From the human T2T-CHM13v2.0 reference genome, Homo sapiens, in the NCBI RefSeq assembly GCF_009914755.1, contig NC_060933.1: a stretch of DNA of 64,000 nucleotides, one strand, 5' to 3'. Position 1 is the first letter of the stretch. Every line of letters begins with the position of its first letter. The translations under genes were made by a program, and so were the position numbers. The notes below the pieces were generated by a model that was not told where the DNA came from, did no database searches, and worked only from the letters and a program-made list of their open reading frames with translations. Shown here piece after piece: positions 34,704 to 48,668 of this stretch.

Positions 34704-35689
34704 GTTTATTTGTAACTACTACCAACATATGTTCAAAATTTTGAATTACAAACAAGATTTTGCTTTTAGTTTGATTATCATAGAAATAGTTTATCAATAA
34801 ACTACACTTCTGCTGTGGTATTTAAAAGCACATTTTATTGTGTCTGAGTTTTGTGCAGTTATAAATAACACAAGCAGAACTTGACATAAAGAAACATGTT
34901 CCAGTCCTACATGTGTAACAAATCAATGCAATATTTAATTCGACAAGCATTTATTAGATAACTTCTCTATATTATATACCTTCCAATGTGCCAGGGACAG
35001 AGATTTGACAAGGAACCCTTAGATTTCAAAGTCTAGTAATAAAAACCAGAGTAAAGAGTCTAGTATTGTTTATAGAATTGTTTATAGAATACAGTGATAA
35101 AAGGCCTTATTAATTATATCTATCTTAGGGTATATTTTGGACCTATAAGCAATTTTGTGTTGCTGAATGATAAAATATAACTAATAGCATTCATAACATT
35201 CTTTAAGGCGTCATAGAATTTGCAGAATCCATTGAAAGTGGTCTTCTGGCCAGAAGCGATAGAATTAGAAGAAGATAAGCAATATGGAAATAGCCTAAGA
35301 AAAAAAATGTACTCGTTTTGGAGACAATGCTTTTATCTAATACATAATATAAAAGGAAAGCAAAAGATATCATGTGAACTATGGCTTCATATAAATTTAG
35401 AGAAAATGATTAAGAAACTGACAAGATTTAATTATGATTCCAAAAAAAGAGCCAAGACGATAACTGCATATGGGATGCAAAATCAAGACTCTAGTATATA
35501 AAATGTCATCCTGGGGAAAGCATTATTGATTTTGTGCTGAAATTTGTTTTTTGCAAAGAAGAATTCTCAGGAAATTTTAATATTTAAATGTTGGTTACAT
35601 GATTTAATATTAGATAAATGTTTAGATAAATGTTTGGCATATTAGTTTCCACTAATACGTTAACTAAAACTTCTTAATATAATTTGCTT

Positions 35690-36350
35690 AATTTTGGAGT
35701 TTGGAATAATTTTGGATTTACGGAAAAATCAGAAAGATAGTAAAAAAAAGCATTTATACCCCCCCACTGAACTTCCTCTAATATCAACATTTTGTATAGT
35801 CATGGTATGTTTGTTAAAGCTAAGAAATTAATATTGATACAATACTCTTAACTTCAGGCTTTGCTAGAATTTCAGTTATTCCACTAATATTCTATTTTTG
35901 TTACAGAATTCAGTCCAGGGTACAATATTGAATTTGTCATTATGTTTCTTGCGTCTCTTTTTATCTGTGAGTTTCTCCATCTTGCTTTGTATTTCATGAA
36001 CTTAGCCGTTTTGAAGAGTACTAGACAGGTATTTTATAGAATGTCCCTTTATCTTTTTCTGATATTTTTTATGATTAGAAGGTGGTTATTGCATTTGAGG
36101 AAGAATTCCACAGAGATAAAGTATCCTTTATATCACATTAAATCAGGGGTACCTGATATCAACATGACCTTTCACTGGTGATGCTGACCTCTGTCACTTG
36201 GATTGGGTGCCAGGTTTCTCTGCTATGAAGAAACTGCTTTCCTTTTCAGGCTCTATTAATTGGAAACAAGCCATTAAGTTCAAAGTACAATCAAGAAAAG
36301 AGGACTTAAGCTCCACCTCCTAGAGATGGGAGTAACTATATAATTTATTC
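35690..36350 (-). mobile_element. L1MC/L1MD-like 3' UTR fragment
   Basis: TTTTGAAGAGTACTAGACAGGTATTTTATAGAATGTCCC...CACTGGTGATGCTGACCTCTGTCACTTGG...TTAAGCTCCACCTCCTAGAG. Confidence 0.8.
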
Positions 36351-38189
36351 CTAATAAAAATGTGATATGTTTTGGTCCAATATATCAGCTAGGCCCAGAG
36401 TTTCTGAGAAGGAGAAATATGCCGTATCTCACAGTGACATTCCTTGAAAACAGTCACATGAAATAACTTAATTTAAAAATATTTTTAAATGAATATGATA
36501 AAATATTTGTTTTAAAATAAGTATGATAAAATATTTGTTTCAAAATGAATATGACAAAAGAAAACTAAGGGTAAAATTAAGCTAGAAGTAATTTAATTAC
36601 TTAGGAATGTTAAAGAATGAGAATGGTTTGAATTTTAACCCTTGCCACTTAGTAGCTGTGAGAGGTGGATATTTTACTGTTTCAAGTTCTCAAGAAACAA
36701 CAATAGAAACAATATAATATTATTATAAATATCAAATAAGTCAAACCCTTGGCCTGTTGTCTGGCACATGGTCAATGTTCAAAGTACAAAAACTCTTATT
36801 TTTTGACATTGGGAGACAAATGGCCCTTTCTGAGAATCTGTTCCCACCCTCTGAGGGTAATCTCTTCCTCACCTCTACTCGCAGATTTAATCCTTCCTTC
36901 GATTGTGCATTCTCTTTGGTCAAGGGCTGGATGTCACAGGTGCAATACATCTTGATCTAGCCTTCATTCCTTTGTCTGCTGATACATGATTCAACAATGA
37001 GTTTTTCATATGGTACCAAGATGTGTCAGTTTTAATGTTTCCTGTGAAAATATGCTATGTTCTGAACATAACAAAACTCATAACAAAACATAACAAAACA
37101 TAACATAACAAAACTCATTATGTTCTGAATTGGGACATAGGAGTCAGCTATGCATGATAAAGATTGCTTATATTTGGGGGAAAACGTTGTGATATATTAT
37201 GCCTTTAAAAAGCACAGAGTAAAAGGTATTAAACAGAATAGCTGAACTATGAAGGTCAGCCTTGTATTTTATATGAGTAAAACATGTAACTTCTTGATAG
37301 TTTTTCTAAACTAATTGTAACACATGTACTTTCTTGCCAAGGTTTATTATACGTGTAAATCAATAGCCCAAACACACTGTTTTACTATTATCTGTTTGAC
37401 AATTGCTACAAAAAGATAACAGTGAATTGTACTGTATATTATTTTTATAGAGATGCTTCCTAACCCACTGGCAATAAGAAATCAAAATAATCAGGATTTC
37501 AGCCAATAATAAAAATATGAATGCTGGCTGATTTGTTGATGTGGATAGTGCTAAAAACACAATAAAAAGGCTAATATTTCCAACAATTTTTTTCAGTGTA
37601 AATGAACATGTAAGAATTGGAAAATAAAACCTCTAATTAATATAATTTACGTACTTTTTATTATGAAGATTTTCAAAGTTTTTAAAATCAGTACTTATTA
37701 ATTTCATTTTTTCTTGTCCTTCTTCTCCAACCTTCTTAAACGAAGAGACTAAGGCATGGCAAAGTGCTGAGAACTTTTGACTTTCTCTTCCTTTCTAAAT
37801 GTTTGAAAACATGCGTAAGTAGAAATGATCCAAAAGAAAAAATACAGCTGGCACTTGTTTTCTATCCCATTATAATAAGTCTTCCACACATAACTCACAG
37901 TGAAAACATTTCCAAACCTCACTGCTGGCCTCTCCAAATTGTTCTTAATTATTCTGTAGCATTTGCAATTGCTACATATTTGTGGCCTCTCAAGTTCTGC
38001 TATAACAAAAAATCATGATTTCTTTTTGAAACCTTTTCCTATTACTTTATACTTCCATGTAATATTATTCAAGTTCATACTCTTTGCTCTATTATCAGAA
38101 TCTCTGAGAGATTCTATTTTATGTTTTACAGTACTATTTTCATATTGGTGGTTCCCAATTCTATATTTTCATTCCTGTCTTGTGTCCTA

Positions 38190-38192
<3 letters not shown>

Positions 38193-38239
<47 letters not shown>
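38193..38239 (+). repeat. Pure poly(A) tract, 47 nt
   Basis: Direct count. Confidence 0.97.
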
Positions 38240-38242
<3 letters not shown>

Positions 38243-38289
38243 AAATAGAGATGGATTGCAACACATGTCCATCACCACTAGAAGCTAAC

Positions 38290-38800
38290 CATGTTCAAAC
38301 TGAACTTATACTGCTATTCTCCAGACTTACTTCTCCTTTAATTTTCCATCCACTTTTTTCCTGAACTGTCCACCTGAGTTGACATTTATTCATACAAGTC
38401 CTCTCTCCTTGATCTCCCATGAATTACTAAGTGCTGCCACTTTTCTGCTGACCTCTCTCACAGTTGTAGAACACTTTCCCTCTGATAGACATGGGTCTTC
38501 TTAGCCATTGCCTGAATTGTTGTCTCATTCTAAGTGCTCTTACTCTTCTCTCTCACCTCTATACATTCGTTTGATTTGTGCTGTCAGAATTATCTTTCTA
38601 AAATACAAATTTGAGTATATCTTATGGTTACACCTTATGACTTTCAAGGACTATGCAGGATGAAGCACAAACTCTAGCCTGATCTACATATTTCTCCAAA
38701 ACCTACTTCTATCTACATTTTCAGCTCACTTTACCTTTACTTCTTTCCTCTCTTCCCTCCAAATACTCTCCTCTAATCCTTGATGTTCTTTGAATACTTT
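38290..38800 (+). mobile_element. L2 fragment
   Basis: CATGTTCAAACTGAACTT...GCTGTCAGAATTATCTTTCTAAAATACAAATTTGAG; pyrimidine-rich. Confidence 0.6.
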
Positions 38801-39049
38801 TTTCATAAAGTTATGTATGTACTTTAGAGCTGACAAAACTGATACTTAGAGTTTATATTGATACCCCTAAAGTTACATAATTAGAAGACAGAGAAATCAA
38901 CATTCAGTTAAGTCTCCTGTTGCCAAATTGAAATAATTAATTTACCACCTAAAATAACTGAAGAAATTCAAGTACTACCAATATTTTTTTCAAGATTAAA
39001 AAAAGGGAATTTATATTCTGAAGATATTTAATCTCACATGTATGGTATC

Positions 39050-39421
39050 TGTATTAATCTATTTGCACACTGCTATAAAGAAATACCTGAGACTGGGTAA
39101 TTTATTATATAAAAGAAGATTTCATTGACTCAGTTCCACATGGCTGGGCAGGCCTCAGAAAACTTATAATCATGGCAGAAGTTGAAAGTGGAAGGGAAAA
39201 AAGGGCGTTCTTCATATGGTAGCAGGAGAGAGAAGTGTGAGGAGCTAAGAGGGAAGAGCCCCTTATAAAACCATCAGATCTTGTGAGAACTCACTATCAC
39301 GAGAACAGCATGGGGGAAACCGCCCCCATGATACCATCAACTCCCATCAGGTCTCTCCCTGGACTTGTGGGGATTACAATTCAAGACGAGATCTGGGTGG
39401 GGACACAGCCAAACCATATCA
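39050..39421 (-). mobile_element. Solo THE1 (THE1D-like) MaLR LTR
   Basis: TGTATTAATCTATTTGCACACTGCTATAAAGAAATACCTGAGACTGGGTAATTT...GGGGACACAGCCAAACCATATCA; TSD GTATC/GTATT. Confidence 0.93.
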
Positions 39422-42400
39422 GTATTTATATGCATTAGCTTTGGAATTGAAACTTGCGATAACTTTTACCTTTGCTCAATGCTGTTTCTCAGTCATTAAA
39501 CAAATTCTCTAACCATTAAATCCCACTTGCCTCATAGCAAAAGAGGGATAGCAAAATATGACTCTAAGCATTACTAATATCTTTGAAATATATATATATA
39601 TAAAAATATATATATATTGAGATAATTTAGTTAAGTTTTAGTGTGAAGTATTTGGAATACATAAAGCAATTTTCATATGCATCCAAAATCCTTAAAAATA
39701 AACTGCTAAATACTACCAAGAGTCATTTAAAGACTTTTTGATATTTTGTGTTTGTCAGCATCATGTTATTAGAGAGCATGCACACAGCATTTATAATATT
39801 TTTTCACTAATAATAAGAGGTAACATTGCTTATCAATTGGTGAATTTTTTAAAGTGCACTTTTAACCCTTACAAAAATTAGGGATTATTTCCTTTTATTT
39901 TCTCTAAGAGGATATATACCAAGGGTCACACAGAGAATACAGGAGGGCACCATGAGTGAAATTCCGGTGTATCAACATAAAGTCCAGTGTGCTCCCTCAA
40001 TGTTATTTTATTTAACTTTTAGGAGAATTACTGAAAACTCTTGCCTCATTTTCTCTGAAAGATTATTTCTTAGTAAGAAATATTTTAATTTAGAAATATT
40101 TAAAATAAGTATTTTAAATACATTTTTAAATAACTTCATTTTACAATAATGTGTTCAAATTAATATAATTTTAGGCAGCACTTGAAACAGTTGATCAATT
40201 TTCCTGTCTTAGATATTTCTTAGCCAAAAAGATTAAATACAAAAAGAAATATTTCAAATAACCACAGGCTGCCTACTCCAAATGCTAGGAAATGTAAATA
40301 AGTACATCAAAAGCCAAAACATGATTTTCACTAAACATTACTTGGTGTGAATGGTGCCCCACAGAGTTGTTTCAGGACAATTCATTTCATCTATAATGAG
40401 AACCAATGGGGTAAATTTGTAAGCACTGAAGAAGCATAAATGACATCGCCAATTACCCAGTGCCATCACCACATGCTTCTTCCTTCTGACAAAATAGTGA
40501 AATTATGATAAGCATAGTCCAGGGACACACAAAACTACCAAAGATGTAGTTTACTTAATCTTGGTAATTATGTCCTAAGTGCATTCTTTCCACATTTCCA
40601 TTTGAATTTAGACATTTTTTTCTGTGTCTTTGAATACTGTGAATGGAAAATGTTACCTTTAAACCTAGAGATAATGTTTCATGGGCAGATGTCTGTTCTT
40701 CAAATATTTTAGAAACTTTGGGAATATTATATCACTCATGGTACATTCTAGGCAGGGAATCAAGCTGAATAGTCTTTTCCGGATCATGAACCTACATTGG
40801 TGAATTGTTTGAGTATGTTTGTGAGGTCAATTGGTGGCTCATAAAGAGACATTCCTATGTCCAAAGATCCAAATAAAATATAATTCCACGGACTTAACCA
40901 CATTAACACCATGTTTCTATGGGGGTGATGACACACTGTCTAGAAACAGATCAGTGGGAAAAATCCATGAACTGTGACTCATCAATACAGTTTGGACTTC
41001 TGAATAAACGTCATATATATTAGTTTTCTAGTGCAAATAGATATGGCTGTCAAGAGACTTACAATGTTGTCCAAACTGTAACAAGGACCAGCTATGTGAC
41101 TGAAACCAGGTTATGTCATATCCCTGATATTGATATCCTTAATATGCAAAATGAATAAGCCTGAGGCTAGCACAAAGGAGATATAATTCTCTCCATGTAG
41201 ACAGACATTTATTTTCAGAATACTCCCTCCTCCATTATAATGTATGATGATAGATTTGGGGAAACACTTTCCAACTGATTAATTGCTCTATTGTCTAATC
41301 GTGCTAAATAGATCTCTATTATGAAATTGATAGTATGTATACACAAAACTTTCTTTGAACAATCATTAAATAAATGCCACTAAGTGCCAATAGTGACACT
41401 ATACTGGGTGCTGAGGGCAGAGGAAAAATGTAATGTAGACCTTTCACTAAAGATGTATGAAGTAAAACATGAAATAAAAATCCACTCTGTTGTGTGCTTA
41501 TTTTTCACCAGGTTGCATAGTTGCACAGTTAATAGATAAAAAGAACAACTTGTATGCAAACGTAGATTTGACTGACTCCAAATTCTGTGTGTAGTCAACA
41601 ATACTGTATTACCACAATAGGGAAAGGAATTCACAAATATTTATGTGAGCGATTCCCACTTCAAGCCCTGTTTAGCTGTGGTCTCTGATGTCTTTAACCC
41701 ACAGACTAATCCCACCAAGATTCCTGTACCAATCCCATCAACCCAGACAGCTTATTCCAGTGCTTATTTCTTCCAGTTGGGGGATTCAGATGTTAGGGAC
41801 ACGGCCATACACTGCATGAAGTATCATAGGAAATCCTCATTTGTGTTCTCTCAATTCACTTACCTAATAAGAATCTTACCCCTGCCTTTCCTATGCCAAT
41901 TTCCTTCCTCAAAAGAATGGAGTTAGCTCTATAGCCAGAGTCATCATCAAGAGTCTGGACCACTGCTTGAGACTGTAGTTATGTGAACACCAATACTGTC
42001 CATAAGCAGCCAGAAGATGTTATTTTCTTCAAACTTGGTGCCTGATTGTAAAACGACAAAAATTGTCCTGGCTTTTGGTCTAAAGATTATTTTGCAGCCA
42101 GTCATATAGCTGGGCTTTCTCTTGGCCTTAGCCCTGCCTAATTCTAAATTTCCTCAGTCATCCTCCATTCAGTTGAGGTCATCGGAAATTGTGAATTGTC
42201 AGCTTTGTTTTCCACTTTAAGTATCATTTCACTATTCAATTTACAGCAATTATATTAACCTTCCAAGCAGACCATCAATCCAGTATATCTTGCTTAAATA
42301 AAATATTGCTTATTTAAGTTAAATATAATACAACTTTACAATGATTATACATTTATCCATAAACATTGGAATGCAAATGTCAACATTTTGTTTAATAACT

Positions 42401-43849
42401 TCTCTAGCACCTTCTACTAAAATCAATTCAGTGACTGTGATGACTATGGCTTAGGGATTCCAAACTCTTCTGGGGCAGATATATTTCTGCCTGCTTTGTG
42501 ACAACCATGGGCAATGATGTCCATTACCTTAAAGTTAAATTGAAAATGTTTGGGTAACTAGGCAATTGAAAACGCCCTGTGCTATGTAGGATGTCATGTT
42601 CTAATGGTTTAATTAACCTTGATCTCTGGAAATATGTACATTTAAAATTGATGTTGTACAGATGCTACATTTGTAGGATCAGTGTGGCAAATTAATATAC
42701 TGTGGTCTTCTATATGTCACATTTTGTAAACAGGAAGTGGCTTCTTAATGCAGGTAGCTTCATTATATAAAATGAAGTTATTCTTTGGAAAAAATATTGT
42801 AAAACAAAGTACTTTGTATTTATATACATTTCATTGTAATGCATATTATAATTTTGGTGGATATTCTTAGAATTGATACAAAATGTATTTTTTCTCATAG
42901 ATTTTTTTAAAAAGGTGCATTTAAAATAATATCAGTTACACAATAACTATATTTATGATGTTCTATATTTAGGAGTAAAAACATTGATCATAATGATAAA
43001 GTTAGAATGATAATAGCTCACTTTGCTATCGTTTTAAAATCTGCACTGCTATTTAGAACACAGACCTTATTACACAAGGCACTTAGGTAGGAAGCTTATC
43101 TATTATATTTTTATGCGACCTTAAGATAATTGCAACTCAAACACTTTTCTATCTTCAAAATGAGAATAAAGGTATTTTATCAGGCAGCTTTAATATTTAT
43201 TTGTGTTAATAAAGGTATAAACTTATTTTTGTCGACAAAAGACATTGAATATCAAATTTTATTTGAACAGATTTTATCCTCAAAGCAACTGTGAGATTAC
43301 TAAGAATCTCACCTGGAAAAGGAAAGATTGTAGCCACAGATATATCATCACATTTCAATTAGTTCTGTGGTAATCAATTAGTTCTGTGATGTTTGCGAAG
43401 CACTGGTGATACGTACGTTGCTGGAATAGAGGTGATTCATGGGGATAATGAACAAAGGCATTTATGGAGACAGAGGATGCGAGTCATGCTCATTTTTCTG
43501 AAAGACAAATGTTTCCACAATGTAGAATAAACATTGTATAGGATTTGGTGGTGGGAAACTGAAAGCTTGAGACTGACGGCTTAGACCTTCCAAAAGGCCA
43601 GAAGAGAATAGAAATTTTATGATGAAAGATATAAATAAGGTACCATCTCATGGCTTTTTGTAGACTACTTTTTTCTTCTTCTTGTTTTAACCTTGCTCTT
43701 CTGAGGTGCCCCCACCTTTTTTTCAACTTTTAAATATGTCTCATTTTTCAGTGTGTTTTAAGAATAAAGTCTCATGAATTCACAATCATTTTATTCAATG
43801 ATTTTATTTTGCCACTGTCCATTATTTTATCTCAGTTGTGCTAACTCTC

Positions 43850-44480
43850 TGAACCCATAACTACAACCACTGCCTTAATTTTTTTACAGTCTCTCAACAT
43901 TTATCCCTGTGTGCTCCAGCTCCTTTTTCAACACTCAACTGAAAACTACCCTAATAAATTATCCAGGACGTCTTTCCGACAAAAGTCACTGGCTTGTCTC
44001 ACTTTTGATCTAAATTTAATGCTGTGACTTTTATTCAACTGACCACTGGTTTAATTAATACTTCATGAATAGATATATTCATTTAAATATCAAAATGTTC
44101 AGAATGAACATCAAATCCAGTTGAATGTGATTCATTAATTAAACACGTCATGCATGAAAGAATAGATGATGAATAAATCCCTCATAGAAATTTACAGCTG
44201 ATTTTTGCCACTCTCTTTTCAACATATTTATCTGACTGGTATTTTTCACTTTCTTATTACCTCTTTACCATCTTTTGCACCTTAACTCTAAACATCACTT
44301 TATCACTATACATTTTTTGTCCCTTGCACTACTGAATCAACTTGTTTTCCAACATTACCCATGTGCTGAAGACTCCCAAAGCTTCTCTCCATTCCTGATC
44401 TCAAATCCTTAATTATCTCCTAGGCAATCCCACTGAATATCCTCTCTTCCCTTCAAATATTACAAGACTAAAATGAGTTG
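43850..44480 (+). mobile_element. Degraded L2 fragments
   Basis: CATGTGCTGAAGACTCCCAAAGCTTCTCTCCATTCCTGATCTC..CTTCAAATATTACAAGACTAAAATGAG. Confidence 0.45.
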
Positions 44481-44576
44481 ATAGATTAAACTGCCTTTAA
44501 CTTTTTATAAGCGTGATCTCAAGATGGCATCTGGCAAACTAAGAGCAACAGCAACACTTTTTTTTTCTATGTACCC

Positions 44577-44771
44577 TGTCTTGCTTCTTTTGTGCTGCTA
44601 TAATAAAATCCCACAGACTGGGTAATTATAAAGAACAGAAATTGTGTACACTTCTAGAATCTGGGAGGTCCAAGATCAAGACGCAGGCAGTTCAGTGCCT
44701 GGTGAAGGCCTGTTCCTCATAGATGATGCCATCTAGATGTCTTCAAGTGGTGGAAGAATGGAAGAGGCAAA
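44577..44771 (-). mobile_element. Partial MaLR LTR (MLT1A/MSTD-like)
   Basis: TGTGCTGCTATAATAAAATCCCACAGACTGGGTAATTATAAAGAACAGAAATT..CTGGGAGGTCCAAGATCAAG. Confidence 0.85.
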
Positions 44772-45927
44772 CATTCCAAAGGAAAGTCCACAAAGTATCA
44801 TCCTCTGGGTCCCTTCCTATGACAGTATTCCAGCTCCACTTCTCTCTTGCTAGTAAGATAAAGATCTGTAATTTCTCCCTATCATATATACTAGTGCTTC
44901 TCAGGGCTGCCTACACAAAAGAATTAACTGGAGAGAGTTTGACAGACAGTGGTGTTTAGGCTGCATATCCAAATATTTTTATTTAAGTGGTAAGAAATAA
45001 GACTCGAGCATTTGAATTTGTTATAAGCTTCGTGGGCTACCTATCTGAAGACACAATGCAAAATTCGGTAAGTTTGGCCACCAACAGCTCAGGGGAATAA
45101 TTCTTTTTTGACTCCATTGACCCTGATTTGTGTTAAATGCGTCCCACATTTTCCCATTTCTTGAGTTAAGAAGTAAAAAGAAATGGGCAGAGAAAAACTA
45201 GATCAATCCCACATTAGAATAGAGCTGGAGTATTAGAATAGAGCATCCGTTTATGTAAAGGCAAAAATAATGGAAGAAAAATTTCATGAGAAGAGAATTA
45301 AATCTTTAACAACAGCAACAGCTCTGTCACCTAAGATTAAGCTATTTAAAATCTTTACCTAATTATGTTTTACAGAATTTATTTCTCTATGTTTTTACAT
45401 TCTGAGAGTTTTAGGAATACCATATTTTATTCTTTCTTATTCATTAATTGAAGCCTCAAATTGTATTTACTTGGTTTTACTATGCAGTAGAGAGTAATTC
45501 ATTTAAAGTCAATAATTCCACAAGATAGGTGTGATTACTCCCATTTCACATATGAAGAAACTGACACTCAGAGGAGTGAGTGATATTTATGATAATAACT
45601 ACAGCTAGTAAATAAAAGAATTTCATTTTAACTTAAATGTAGCTTCACCATTTTTTCTAAAGAAAAAAAAACTCAAACATTCTCAAACTAGTTCGAGTAA
45701 ATATGTCACAACAATTTGTTAAAACCTTATACTTGTGAGGCATATAAACATACTTGATAAGATTAAACAACACTAGAACAAAACAAAATGATAACAGCCA
45801 AAAAATGAGAAATAAAAATTAGCAAACACAGTGTAAGGGGATTAGCTGTGCACTGAGAAGAAAATAAGAAAAGGTAGAAAGTGATCAATAGGACAATATC
45901 TATTTATTGAGCACCTACAAGGATGTT

Positions 45928-46058
45928 GTGTGTGTACACACACATACATGCATATGTATACACAGTCATGTATATATATGAGCATACATATGTACATATA
46001 TGATACAATACACACTGATATCTATGTGTGTATACACATACATTTATAAATACATGTA
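45928..46058. repeat. (TG/CA/TA)n low-complexity tract
   Basis: Alternating purine-pyrimidine sequence TGTGTGTGTACACACACATACATGCATATGTATA... Confidence 0.8.
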
Positions 46059-47624
46059 TTGACATCTTTCAGGAGCTCTGGAACAGGCGCCTTATGGAAG
46101 TCTGCACTAGAGACCATAAAGTCACCTAATTTTGAGGGGCTGCTTCTGAGAATGTTCCATAATTCCAGCAATATGTATAAACCCAACAAACTACCAAACA
46201 TCTTAGATGTCAGGAATCTCAATCCACTCAATGTGGCCCTATTTCCTTGACAGTTTTCCAACAGCCTGTTGGGTAGAGATTGTTTTCTAGGTACTTGGAA
46301 ATTTCTAATTTTGATCCTAAATTACAAAAGCTAATAAATGCTACCTGTATTTCCTCTGAATTCCATTATTAGTCCATGCAACGAACTAAAAGGACCAAAG
46401 TTTCTTAAAAGGCAAGACAAAAGTAGCAACTGAAGAAAGCATATAACACAAGTGTCCATTCTCATAATTTATTCTGATGTAGCATTTAGTTTTTGGTAGC
46501 TATGAAAATTGGGAGGAGGTATTCAAGGTAAGGGAGAAAACATTGCCAAAATATTAAGAGACAATAAGTTAGCAATTAAGATTGACTTGTGCTAAGACTT
46601 AACTATCTTTGACTTTTATTCACCTTTGTATATAATATTAAACATAATGGCCACCTGGATGATAGAATACAGAGTATGACATTTTTCCACCATATGGTCA
46701 TTTTCATTACAGTTGTGCTACGTATGAAAGCAGAATGAGAGTTCATCATGAAAATAGTAAGGCTATAGATAGACATAAACAAATATAGTTGAAACCAAAG
46801 AGAATGTTACTGCTCACCAAGATCTTCTGGGATGCCATACCTACTAAAAACGTAATAATTTTATCACCAATCAAATTCAAAAAGATACTACTGATTCACA
46901 ATAACAGGATTATTCAAACTATATTTAAATCTTCAAATGTCCCATAATTTCTTATATTAAAGGTAAGGTATAGTTTCATCATTTTAAAAAAATGTTCAAA
47001 ACTTCAGTGATTTTTAAATCTAATTTTTACCTATATGGGCCATACACCCAATGCCTCTTATGTAGATAAGGAAGTAATAAGATGTTTCCAAATTTTTCCA
47101 TATGGACCCTAAAGTAAAGCATTGCAGAGTGTAATGTGGAATAGTTTACCTGGAAAAAAAACAGAGCCCTGGTTTGGTTGTTTTTTTCCGTCTTTCTTTG
47201 TGCCAGAAGCCACTTGACAAGTCTGCAGGCAGACATGTTTAACCTTTATTCTCTCTCCCTAGAGTCTCTAGTAATAGAGCAAATGTGATGCTTCCTATCA
47301 AAGATGAGCAATGTGTCTATGGGCTAGGGGGTTTGCACTTTACCTTCAGCTTGATTAGTCTTGATTGCTTGGATCCACACTTTAGAAAACACATACTTGA
47401 ACAATCCTAAATCTCTTCTTTCTGAAAGGCAGTAAAATAATGGAGGTGGATAGAGCATTAGTGTGCATGTGTGTGTGTACAATGAGCCAAGAGCTGTTAG
47501 AAATTATTTTTATAATCTTATGTAATCATTCCAAAAACACAAGTGAGAGTTTAAGAAGATCCCTAGTGAATCTCTTGCTATTTCCAATATAACAAAAATC
47601 TTTATTTCACCTATTAAAAATTAC

Positions 47625-48105
47625 TATAGCAATTTATTCTCCATTTTTCCCTTAAATCAGTTTTCTACCTTTCTTGGTCCTATAGTACCCATGAGAAGAA
47701 TGTGTATAGACCACGTCACATTAGATGACTTACCTATTGGCTTTAGCCAATTGGAAGCACTGCAGGAAATCAAAATAATGGAAGAGAAGGAGGCTGGGGT
47801 GTATGTTCCTCCTAACCCTTTCTCTTCTGAAGTGGTTCTGAAAGAGACTGTGTTACTCTATGAGAACAGATTCTGTCAGGAAGCTCCACTTACCTGATCC
47901 CAGACCTCAGCCAGGCTTCAATATCACCCTTACATTAAAACTTCAAGCCAAAATGTACTATTGTTAACACTATACTGCCCCAACAATTTTTGCTTATTCT
48001 CATAACCTAGCCCACACATCTATCAATAGTCTCTTTATTACTAAAGGCTCTTAAAAAATCCCAGCTCAATATACCGTTTTATTCTTCTGAGGAATAGACT
48101 GAAAC
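47625..48105 (+). mobile_element. LTR33-like ERVL LTR
   Basis: TTTAGCCAATTGGAAGCACTGCAGGAAATC..GGAAGAGAAGGAGGCTGGGGTGTATGTTCC..CCCACACATCTATCAATAGTCTCTTTATT. Confidence 0.65.
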
Positions 48106-48668
48106 ACTATCACTACAAGGCTCTGAAGGTTTCCCTTTAAAAGATAATTTATCGGCAATAGAAGAAATAGGAACTACTCAAAAAAAAAAAAACAAATCGA
48201 CAGGCCAACAATACAAAACAAAACACCACTTATATTTCTGGCTCCTCTATCCAAAGAAATTATATATATTGGCTATTTTGAGGTGTTTCCATCAGAAAAC
48301 AGAGGAAGCTGTATTTCAATTACCCCCAACAAAGTAATGTAATTAGATGTTACCACTGTCAACTATCTACATTACCGTTTGTTAAATTGTAGGTTGTATT
48401 CTTTAGTCTATCATTAAGTCCAAGTTATCAAAACTAGTGATTTTTTAAAAGGTAGAATATATTATGAAAGACAGGGATTTAATTAAAATAGAATAGAAAT
48501 CAAAATGAGTTGCATACAACAAGGCTCTTTTGTGTAAGCTTAGCTTATTTAAAAACATATGTGTTTATAAATTTGGGCATGAATTAAAATATAGTTCTTA
48601 CTACAAATTATACTTTTAAAAGTTTAAAAATTTTTATTAAAAAATATAGGTCCACATTTCAGTTCATC

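Noticed and set aside
36487-36559. 2.5 copies of a 28-bp unit (similar short duplications at 43356-43388 and 57708-57769)
   Set aside because: Ordinary tandem duplications without unique spacers; not CRISPR-like and of no evident function
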